In this document: positions 30,931 to 42,129 of the stretch, piece after piece | How positions within the stretch are numbered: position 1 is the stretch's first letter | Layout of the letters: the number at the start of each line of letters is the position of its first letter | From: the human T2T-CHM13v2.0 reference genome, Homo sapiens | Direction: 5' to 3' (one strand) | Length of the DNA: 64,000 bases | Assembly (NCBI RefSeq): GCF_009914755.1 | Contig: NC_060940.1 | Notes under the pieces: model-generated | What the model was told of the DNA's origin: nothing | The model's database searches: none | What the model saw: the letters and a program-made list of their open reading frames with translations, nothing else | Translations under genes and position numbers: made by a program

Positions 30931-32899
30931 TATGGTGCAATACCTCCTGGAGGATTCCGGCTCAGCCAAGAAAACCCTAGCTCTCTCTTTTGGTCTGGTT
31001 GGCCCCGTGATCCTTCTCCCTCAGACTCTGTGTGAACTCAGCACAGTGGCCCTCCCTGCCGCCCTGCAGTGTGCCCTGCAGTGCGGACAGGCGGCAGGAG
31101 AACCTCTTCATCCACTGGAAAGAGGAAGAGGCAACACACGTACACGGTCACCTATAGCATGCCAGAGCCCATGCCTGTGCCCAAATCCCTATTTATTTAA
31201 CAACCCCCATTGTACGGAGCAGAAAACCGAGGGGTGGTGTGCCAGGAAGTCCACCCAAGGCTCACACAGCTGGCAAGGGACAGAACAGGATGGAGACCCA
31301 GGTGTGTGGGACCAAGGCACTGAGCCAGGCCCCAGATCTCCAGTGAGCAAGACAGACCTAGCTCCTGCCCTTGAGAGGGAGCACCCAGGATTCCGGGGCG
31401 GGGCAGACAGGAGCAGGGGACGGAAAAATCAATAAAATCAATGGCAAACTCCTGCGCTGGGGAGCTGGGATGAGAAGCGCGGAACAGCACCTGCTCTAGA
31501 GAGGAAAGGGAGGCCTCTGAGGATGATGCTGTGACCATGGCCATACAGATGAGCCCAAAATGCATTTGAAGCAGAAGGGACAGCACGTGCCGAGCCCTAA
31601 GGAACCCATGTTTAACTCACCCGCTGACCTGCATGTCCCCAGCCGGGCAGTGTCTTACTAGCAACCTCTCGGTCTGTGTGGGACCTAATAGTCCCTCTTT
31701 AACTGTGCAAGGATGCAATTCAACAGACATTGTCCTTTAAACTTTTCCTAATCAGCCCTCCTCCTCTCTCCAGGTATTAAAAATGCCAGGAGCCGAGAAG
31801 CCCCCTGCCCCGCTCCCAACATTCCTTCAGGACAGTTTTGCTGACACAGCATTCCTCTGGGCCAGGGTGAAGGCCCAAAGTCCCAACCAATGATGATTTC
31901 CTGTTAACCCTTGGACTAAGGGTTGAGCCCTGGAATATCCCCCAGGGATTCCGGAGGCCTTCTTCTTGCATTTGTTTACAATGCATGGCCCTCTTCCTTG
32001 CCAAGAGGAAGCCCAGTTTTATTTACATTTCAGTGTCCCAGAGGGTGGAGGGGACCACCGGGCACCTTTGTCCCCAGGCTGATTCTGGGCTGCTGCTTGC
32101 AAATGAGGAAGCTCTAAACTGCCCAGAAGTCAGACACTAGTAGAATTTTGAAGCTGGAAGGGGTGCCATTTCACAGATGGGGAATGAGAGGTCTGGAGAT
32201 GCCTAGATTGGACCAGGGCCTGAGCCAGATCATCCGGGAGGATCCAGGGATCCTGGCCTTGTCCTGCCATGGACGGTCCCGTCCCCATCAGCAGACTGGC
32301 GACGTGGACCAGACGTTTGCCTCGCACGGCTACTCGCCCTGGTGGTCAAGAGTAGGGCCTGGAGCCCGACGTCCTGGGTCTGAATTCTGCTTAGCCCCTT
32401 TGGACGAAAACTTAACACTCAATGCCACTTCTTTCCTGTATGTGAAATGGGGCTGATCACCACAGTTAACCCTAAGCGCCTCGCACCGCAAGTCCCTCTG
32501 CTTGTTAAATAAATACAATGGATCTCTACACATGTACAATAAAGACACGGAAACAGTTAATCCCCTGCTGCAGCTCCTGTTGAAGGGAATAAAATCAGGA
32601 CCCAGAGAGGTTGATTCACTGACCTTGGGACACACAGGACCCTTTCTACCTCTGCTGGTGACCCAGTGACCCCTGTCGATGGTGGGAAGGGGCAGAGCAG
32701 GCCTCAGACTGTCCGCAGGATGATGCATTCACTAACGGGTTCTAGGAGACGGGGACGGCTCCTCTTTTCTCTCTCCAAAATTAGAACGCGGGGCCCTGAA
32801 TGGTATCCCCAACTCGGGCCTGTTCGGGACTGTAAATGGCTTTCTCGCTTGGTCCCCCCTTTTGAGAGGGTCGGACAACCCTGAACGAACCCGGCAGGG

Positions 32900-33421
32900 T
32901 GCCTGCATCTAGGCTGGGGCTGCCCTCACTGCAGCCCTGGGGTGGGGGGTTCCTCCGCCTCCAGGGGCGCCCGCAGCGTCCTTACCTGGCTCCTCCCGCG
33001 TCCTGATTGACCTTTACTTAAAGACCAGCTCCAGCCGCTGATGGGTTTCGGCGGGTCCCCCAGGAGACCCTTCAGACGGCTAGAGCCGGGCGCGCTGCAG
33101 AGAGCCCCTAATTGGGGCAATGAATCATCGCGCGCGGCTCCGGCTGGACACAAAATAGATAGAGGAGCCGGCCGCTATTGTGCGCAGTTTGGGACGCGGG
33201 GGGAGGCGGCGGCGGGCGGGAGGGAGGCAGGCTTGGAGGAGGAGGGCGGGGGGAGGGAGCGCGCGGGGAGGGATTCCCCCGCCCGCCGCGCGCCCGCCCT
33301 CCGCCCCTCCCCGCCCCTCCCGCCCGCCGCCGCCCCGCCCCCTCCTCCCCAATTAAATGACCCCACGCCTTGGCAGGCGCCGGAGCTCGCACATGCGGCT
33401 GCCGCTCCAGCCGCCCGGGCC

Positions 33422-33455
<34 letters not shown>

Positions 33456-34510
33456 GTTCCGGGCGCGCTCGCCGCGGCGCCGCCTCGGCCCGCGCCGCCG
33501 CCGGGGGGTGCTCGGCAGGCCCGGGGGGGCGCCGCTGCGAGGGGCCGTGCGCCCGCGCCCGCGCCGGCCGCCCGCCGCCAAACTTTGCGGCGCGCACACA
33601 TGCTCCAAGTTGGGCGCGGCGGCGGCGGCCTGGGCGGGAGCTGAGGGCGGCCCGGGGCGCGCGGGGGCCCGGGCGGGCGGCGCGGCGCGGCCATGAGCGG
33701 GCGGCCGGCCCCGGTCTCCCGCAAGCAGCGGCTCATGGCAGCCGTGGGCGAGCGGGCTGCGGGCGGCGCGCCGCTCTCCTGCTTCATCTGCGGCGGCGGC
33801 ATCGGGCGCGGCAAGGAGCTGAAGCTGCAGGTGAAGCAGCCGGCGGCGGGCGCGGGGACCCCGGCGCAGCCCTTCTTCCCGTTCCTGCAGCAGCAGGAGC
33901 CGGCGCCCGGCGCGCGCGAGCTGTCCCCGGCCGACGGCTGCGTGTTGGTGTGCGCCGTGTGCCGCTGCTTCCTGGGCGAGCAGTGGGCCGCCTTCGAGCG
34001 CGCCCGCACGCCGGTGGACAAGCGCATGTACTGGCTCAAGCGGCCCCACCAGTGCGACGCGGGCGCAGGCGGCCGCCGTGGCGGCGCCGGGGCCCCCCGC
34101 GAGTGGAACGTCGCCTACGCGCTGGGCAGCGCCACCGGCGACGACGACGAGGACGACGGTGGCGGCCCCCGGCTGCGCGGGGCCGCGGAGGAGACGCGAG
34201 ACTCCGACCTGTCGGAGCTGTCGGACACCGACCCCCTTTCCGAGCCCGACCCGCCCGCGCGGGACGCCGCCAGCCCCCACCAGGACGGGGCCCCAGGGCC
34301 AGGGCCTCGCGGGGGGCGCGGCCAGGAGTGGAGGCCGGCTCCGGGACCCGCTCCGGGACAGGGCGCAGAGGCCTCGGCGCAGGGGCGCGCGGAGGAGGAG
34401 GGGCTCCCCGCGAAGGCCCACGCGGATGGGGAGCCCAAGGCCGGGGTTAGGCGCCGGCGGAAGGGGGTTGGGAGGCACTGGGTTCCCGAGGCCCGGGCCA
34501 GCGTCCTGAG
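32900..34510. promoter_or_regulatory. CpG island promoter and 5' UTR with multiple GC boxes
   Basis: Extreme GC and CpG density, repeated GGGCGG/CCGCCC boxes at 33200-33345, no interspersed repeats; elevated CpG continues through the exon. Confidence 0.9.
33422..33454 (+). repeat. (CCG)11 trinucleotide repeat in promoter/5' leader
   Basis: Eleven uninterrupted CCG units read directly. Confidence 0.95.
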
Positions 34511-35975
34511 GAGCATTCAGGATCCCTGGCAAGGCCCTCTTGTCCAAGAGGCCCCTGCAGACGGCATGAAAGGGCCTCCCTCTGGCAGAGCCACTAAGAC
34601 CCTGGAGAGCAGGCCGCTGGGGGAGACCCTACGGGGCTTCTGCACCTCCGAGGACAGTGACATCAACATCACCAGTGGGGAAGAGGACCACAAGGAACAG
34701 CCTTTCCCAGGCGTCTGCAACCCCAAAGAGAAGAACAGTGGCCGTGTCCCCCGGGCTCTCCAGGACAGCCGGGCGGCACCAGCAGAAGGCCTTTGCTGCT
34801 ACATCTGCGGGGCCCCGCTGTCCCCGGCCTCGCACCACCAGGTCCACGTGCAGAAGCAGGAGAAGCTGGCTCAGGCCCCGTTCTTCCCCTTCCTGTGGCT
34901 GCACAGCCCGCCCCCAGGGGCACAGCCCATCAGCGAGGGCGGCAGTACCTTGGTGTGCGCCAGCTGCTTCTCCTCCCTCACGCAGCAGTGGCAGAGCTTC
35001 GAGCTGGCCAACGTGCCAGTCCTGCAGCGACTCTATGTGGTGCCCCTGGACAGCCACGCCCCCGGCATGGCCTCTAAGGGCAGGAGGCTCCCGAGGGAAG
35101 AGGGCCTGCCCTCCGGGGCCCTGCGAGAGGCCTGCTACCTCTGTGGGGAGGACTGTACCCCGGATGCCCGGGCGGTCCCCTCCAGGATCCTCAACGGCAA
35201 CGCCAGGAGCGCCATGCATTTCCCCTTCCTCAGCCTCCTGCCCTGCCCGCCCAACGCCCAGGGCCCCAACAAGCGCTGTGAAGTCCGCAGCTGCCCCAAG
35301 TGCTTCAGCGTCCTGGAGGATGTCTGGGCCCTGTACCGGGCCTGCCAGAACGAGGAGCTCATCACCTCCGTGCAGGGCTTCCTGGGCAGGTACCACCAGG
35401 CCTTCTCCGCCTCCGACCCTGCCCTCTCCGAGCTGCCGGCGTCGGCCCAGGGCGGCCCCGTGTCCATCTGCTACATCTGTGGGGCTGAGCTGGGCCCCGG
35501 GAAGGAGTTCCAGCTCAACGTGAACCCCGCCAGCCGCTTGGGCGAGAAGGAGCCCTTCTTCCCCTTCCTCACCGTGTACCCGCCTGCCCCTCGTGCCAGG
35601 CCTGTGGACTCCACCGGCCTGGTGGCTACCTGTGTGCTCTGCTACCATGACCTGCTGGCCCAGTGGCTGCAGCATGAGGCCCGCAGCTCCCACCACGCTG
35701 TCAGCGCCTGGTCCCGGCAGTACCAGGTGGAGACGTTCGTGTGCTTCTTTTGTCAGCAGGAGAAGAAACGGTGTCTGGGGCTGAAGTCCGTGCGGGTGGC
35801 CCGGCTGCCCCTGTTCCTATACACCCTGCGAGCAAGCCACAGCCTGTTGGTGGATGACGGACAGCAGCTGATCATCGGTGCTTGCGTGGAGTGTGGGACC
35901 CTGGTGTGTGCGGGCCAAGGGCTCACCCGCCAAGGACCCATGAGCTGGAGCTCCCCGGTGGCAGCAGCGACGAAG
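33693..35975 (+). CDS. GSE1: First coding exon (761 codons) of a spliced gene, encoding five Cys4 putative Zn-binding repeats; probably the N-terminal extension of a long GSE1 (genetic suppressor element 1) isoform
   Basis: Longest ORF in the window. ATG context GCGGCCATGA (G at -3) with an in-frame upstream TGA at 33642-33644. Strong C/G third-position bias. Internal protein repeats conserved at amino-acid level (CFICG/CYICG/CYLCG/CYICG/CFFC; PFFPFL x3 plus HFPFL). Ends at a consensus donor AAG|GTAAGC, after which coding character is lost. Coding status is near certain; the gene name comes from my recollection of the locus and is less certain. Confidence 0.8.
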
Positions 35976-35981
35976 GTAAGC
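35973..35981 (+). other. 5' splice donor of exon 1 (AAG|GTAAGC), phase 0; intron 1 continues past the window end
   Basis: Near-perfect U1 consensus exactly at a codon boundary (2283 nt from the ATG); composition shifts toward T/A immediately after. Confidence 0.85.
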
Positions 35982-38900
35982 AGCAGTTTTCATCTCATCT
36001 TAGACGCTTCCTCCAAAATCCATTCAGGGAAGGGAGAGATGTTTTCTGTTCCTCAGAAAAACTCTGAAGGAGGAGTTTTCACTGGTTCTGTGCGGGGTGT
36101 TCCGGGGGAGGTACCCTCCCTGAGTCACTGGGCTGGTGCTTGGTGGGTACGTTGGCCTGGCTGACCTTGGAGGCATGGGGCAGGGGTCAGAGGAGTGGGG
36201 ATCAGGAGTGGTCTTAGGGAAGAATAGGGCACTGCTGAGAACAGCAGGCACGGGCCTGAACTTGGGTGTGTTTGCAGTGGGATCTATCAAACAGAGGAAG
36301 TTCGGGGCATGTCTGTCATCCGCCTGATAACATTGGTAATTAGTCCAGCCGTGCGGGTCACAGAGAGGTCTCCGTGCTCACCCGGTTTGAAACACATCAG
36401 AGGTGGAAGTTCCTCTCCGTTCTAGCTCCCGTGTGGCTTGGCTTTTCCAGAGTTTTCCACCTAAGTTCACACTGTTCTTTTGAGACCGTGCTTGCTTTAC
36501 GGCGGAGGGAAATAGGGTTCCAGACATGGGGGTGTGGAATTTGAGGGACAGTGGCCTAAACAGACTTTTCCCCCAGCGGGAAGAGAGTCTTTCCTCTCTG
36601 CAAGTCAGCTGTGCAGGAGGCAGACGGGAGGCCTGGCACTCTCCCTGTTTATAAGGCGCCTGCCTTCCTGCTGCCCGCCCGCGAGGAGCCAGACGGGGCT
36701 CAGTTAATTTGGGATCCGGCTTTGCAAGGGACCAAGCAGGAACTGCCCCCGGTGGGTCTGGGGAGGTAGATGTAGGCGTCTGTGAGTGGCAGTCACCAAC
36801 CCGGCCACCGGGGCATGGATGCTCATTTCTGCCAAAGACAGTCAGTGCGACTTGTTTTAATCAAACGCCTGTAGTGGCAGCTGCTGGCCATGTGTGGGCA
36901 GAGGGACGTGTGGATGGGAAAGGTGGCGCTGTCGTGTTCAGAAAGGGTCATTCCACCCTTTGAAAGCTTCCTGATCCTGCCTCCCACCTGCACGTGTGGG
37001 GCACGGAGGTGGACTATCTGGGGGACATGTTCACTTACAGTGGCTGCACCCGGGAAGTGCGCTCTGCCATGATTTGCCCACCTCTCCCCCGATACGCGGC
37101 CCCTGTCTTCATGCTCTACTCAGATTTCCTTTTCTACTGATGACAGCTTTGGACTTTCAAGCTGTCTTTGTGGCTTTGGTGGGATGGTCTCTCGTTTTAA
37201 TTGGATGAGCACGTCGTCTCCCGTCACAGATGCTGAAGCTCTCCTCTTCGGCATATAGCAGTGCAGCCCCTGGGAGTCAGAAGAGCTGCAGTTCCCAAAA
37301 GGGCTGAAACTGGGAGAAGAGAACAAGTTTTGGAGCAAGACTGACCCCAGTTCATTTGTTCCTTACCATGGCGCTGCGAGGCCTTCTCATCTCATTTTAT
37401 AGATGAGTCAACCAAGACTCAGATAAGTCAGACAACACTCAGTCAGTAGGTATCTGAGGCAGATTTCGAAATTCTGCCCTTTCTCTTGCTAAGTACCTGT
37501 GAGTTAGTTTCTTATCCTGGTGGAATGTCAGTTTCCTTGGTTGAGAAGTGGAAACATACCACTTGCTTTGTAGGGACATGGTGAGAGTTCAATGGATTGG
37601 GGGAAATGTAAGTTCCCCCAGAGGGTCAGATGCTTGACATATAGTGGGACCCTCGTGTCCTCCACCCTGGTGCATAGGAGCAAATTCTTCTTGGATGTGG
37701 GTTGGTTCTGTGTGCGAGGTGCTGGCTTGCAGGCTGGGTGCCAGTTTTATACCTGGCAGTGGTGTTTCAAGGGGCAGTCAGAACTCTCTGCAAATCCTCA
37801 AACACAGGGTTTTGTGCAAAGTATCCAAATTCTGGTGTATTTTCTCATGTGGATTTGCTCACGTGTCAGGAGTTGATGGGATGCTGCCCGTCGGCCTTGA
37901 CTGATAAGAACGCCAGGAAACAAGAAGCCGCCGTTTCCCAGGCAGCTGGGAAGGGGGAGTGGACAGTAGTCTGGTGTGGACGGGAACGCAGGCTGGTGTC
38001 TGCCCAGAAGGGGTCAGCATGGGTTTGGTGAGGTTTCATGTGGTATGGATGTGTGCTCTGTTCCCTAGAACAAGTTAGTGCATTCACTCCTTATCATGGC
38101 TCTTGAGGCCTTCTTATATCATTTTATAGACGAGTCAACCAAGACTCAGAGAAGTCAGACGACACAAAGCCAGTGGGTATCTGAGGCGGGTTTTGAACCT
38201 GCTTCTGCTCCCTACGCCCTCTTCCACCAGCTGCCTGGAGGAGGTGGAGCTTGAGTCAAGCCTCAGAAAAGAGGTAGGATTTGTTGGAATGAGGCAGGCA
38301 AACAGGCCCAGAAGCAGGGGTGACCTGTTCAGCCTCCGTGGGCGGGAGGTGCCTGTTGGGGATGAGAGGAAATAAGGTTGGAGTGAACTCCAGGCCTTGA
38401 AATCAGGAATAGGAGGTTGGATTTGAAGTTGAAGGCTCAGGGGAGCAATAACAATTTCTTGAAAGAAAGTGGAACGGACTGAGAAGAGATCTGCTCAGGG
38501 CCCAGAGGTGGCAGCAATCCAGGTGGGTGGTGAGGCCGCTGGGGCAGGTCTGCCTACAGAGAGGACAGCTCTGATGGGTCTCAGGCTCCCCTGGACGGGA
38601 GGGAAAGGAGAAGCCTCAGCTCTCAGCTCCCAGGGAAGCACGATTGACAGCCGGGAGAATGCCGGAAATGCAGCCTTCTGGTCTTCCGTCCTCCCTCCCC
38701 CTCCTTCCCATTCATTCAACAAATATTTATGGAGCGCCAGCTCTGAGCCAGGCGCGGTTCCAGATGCTGGGGATCTGGTGGCAAGCACAGAGCCTCCAGT
38801 GTCATGGGGGAGGGGGACACACATGAGGAGTGGAGGGAAGGAGCCACTTCCAGCAGAGCAAAGTGCCGAGAAGTAGCCGAGCAGATTAAACTTAGGACCC

Positions 38901-39949
38901 AGTGCCAGGGTGGGCATGGGCAGCGAAGGTGACACTTGCAGGAGCTGGGAATGAGAGCTGGGGCTCCGGGCAGGGGAGAAGCCTGTGAGCCCCCTGGGGA
39001 GGGAGAGAGGGTGGAGGGGCTGTCCCCAAGCCCATTTCCTCATGCCAGCCCCCAAGATCTTGATCCTCACGTGCATCTTCCCATCTGTCTTTTGGGGGGT
39101 GGTTTGAGAATTTAGGTGGGATGAGGAGGGCAGTGGAAGTTAGCTGCGGGGAAGCCACTCAGCTGGGGACGTGGCATGTCCCAGAACCATGATCTCTGCT
39201 GCTTCCTGTGACTCCTCAGTTGTTCCCTATGATGTGTTCATGCGTTAGCGAATCAGCTTTAAAACACAAGAGGAAACATGAGAAAAATAAAGAGAAGAAA
39301 GAAAGAAGAGGAGGAGGGTGTCCCCTGCACCTTCTGCTTTGGATAGGATTTGCACTTTTCCCTCCAGCTGGGCCCCGGGTCCCCAGAGAGCACCATGCTC
39401 TGCAGGCACCTGACTCGTGCCTCCTTCGCCAGGGCTGTGTCTGGGGTGGCCTGGGGAGGGCTGAAGCCTGCTCTTCTGGGCTGGGCACCCCTGCCCCAAG
39501 GACGGACCCTTCCCTGCAAGCTTCCCAAGGAAGCTCTGTGAAACCCTGGAAGGACCCCGGGCTTGCCTTAAGACAAGCCTGGCTTCAATCTTCATGCTGC
39601 TGGGAGTCGGCTGTGTGATGTTGGGTAAGACTCTTGCCCTGTCTGGGCCTTGGAACCGAGTGAGCCGGCCTGGGTGAGAGCGCCTGGCTCGCAGTGGGGT
39701 TGCGGATGCGTTGACGCCCCCTTCCCCCCGCCCCCGTGAAGTGCTGCTGGCGCGACGCTGGGTTTCTGAGGTTGCAGCCTCTGCCTGCTGCCTTTCTGCT
39801 GGGATGGGGAACGGCTGTCCCTCCCTTCAGAGCTAGAAACAAGGCCAGCCAGGATGTTGGGGGCGGCATTTGGGGACGTGATAATGCGGGTGATAACCAT
39901 TATGGAGTGCTTCCCACCCTCCAGGAGGCGTGCACACTTCACCTGTATT

Positions 39950-40506
<557 letters not shown>

Positions 40507-42129
40507 TAGAACATCTCAGGGGCAGGAGTTAGCTTGCATGGGGCAGAGGCCCTGAGACGCCCCACTTGGCTGCCTTGGCTGCACCCCTGAGTTTCTTTGC
40601 TTACTGAGCAGTGGTGCCCCGTGCCTTGGCTTCCCCAGTGTGGACCATCTGTTGAGGTCTTAGCCGGCACCTTCCTTCTGTTGCTGGGAGAGCTCCCGTC
40701 GAAGATGGGTCTGCTGCATGATGGATTGGCTCTCCCTGCAAGCCAGTTGGCGGGCGGGCCGCGCTTCCCGCTTCCAGGACTCTGTCCGGAGAGCATTCTG
40801 GTTAATGGCGCATGCAGCTGTTTACCTAACCATACCCCAGCCTCTCACTGTGGGGATGCCCCGGCCAGGCCCCCCGAGTGTGGCCTCCGAGCCCAGAACA
40901 GGTGTTGCTGCCGCAACCACCTTTCTTCTCTGCAGGGACATCTGAGGTCTGCAGAGAGCGTCTGTCGTCACCCACCCATCAGGCCACGTGCACATCTGTT
41001 TCCCATGCTTCCTGACTATCTGCGCCCACGCAGTTCCCTGCTCCTCAGGGGGCCTGGCTGCCCCTCCTCCCCAGGCCCAGGCTCTGGAACACCTGGTCAG
41101 GACTGATTGGAAGTGGGGACCTTCTGGAAGGTGCCACAGGAGGCAGCCTGGCTGGGGCTGGTACTGGCACCCTCTCCTTGGCAGCAGCTGGAAAGTGGCC
41201 AGGCCCTTCTCAAACTCAGAGGAGTGAGCTTTCCAGCTGTGCCCCTCCTAAACCCGGAGGCAGTCGGAGAAAACCAGGGGAAGGAGGAAGTGAAGGCGAA
41301 AGGTCTTCAAAACTCGGCCTCCCCTGGAAGCAGGAGGGGGAAGGGGTGAGGCTGGAGGAGCCAGGGTCGGCAAAGCTTCCTGGTTCCTCCTCTGCTTAGA
41401 TCTCTCAGGATCTCACCCTTGTGAGGTTAACTCTGCTGGGAGTGTCTTTGGAGGATGTATAGCTTCTGGGCACCTTTTATTGGCTGGGGAAGACCCCGCA
41501 TACAGAATTCAGGGCCCTCTTCCGCCTCAGGTCCCCCTTCTAGTGGGGACACTGAAGAGAGATGCCATGTCTGTCCTCGGAGAAGAGCGTTGCAGGACTT
41601 GCCTCCTGACTGCACATAGCTCCAGGTGGGACACTCTTGGGGTCAGTTGTGGAAGGAGCCCCTCCTCACCGGGCGACCTTCATCCAGTTTCCCCATCCGT
41701 CAAAGTGACAGGACTGGTCTGCAAAGATCACAGGCGATTTGCGTTGTGTACGTGGTGTCTCATTCTGCCATCTCGTGCTGTGTTAAGAAGGGTTCTGAGG
41801 CCATGTCTGGACTCTCTAGGAAAACGTCTTGTGATTTATTGGCAGTCTCTGCTGTGAGGCTAAGAACGGGAGCATGACTTCATCTTGGGGCCTGGTTTTA
41901 AATTTAGTATATGATGCCGGGACCTCAAAACGCCATGGGGTTCTGTCCCTTGGAGGATAACATGTTAGGGTCAGGAAGAATCTCACAGACCATCACTTTC
42001 AGACAACGCTATACCCTGGCAGTGCTGGGCCAGGGACGAACTGCAGTCCTGCCTCCCGTCCCTGTGTGAGCCTCTACCCTCATCCATATCTACCTTGGAG
42101 AAGAGCACCCATATTCTACCCACTAACTG

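Noticed and set aside
33041-34547. Long overlapping ORFs 33041..34450 (+, 469 aa) and 33108..34547 (-, 479 aa)
   Set aside because: Arg/Gly/Ala/Pro-rich products typical of stop-poor CpG-island sequence; no domain-like pattern; they overlap the real frame.
34629-35696. 355-aa antisense ORF and 288-aa alternate-frame ORF inside the exon
   Set aside because: Expected shadows of strong codon bias in the true CDS.
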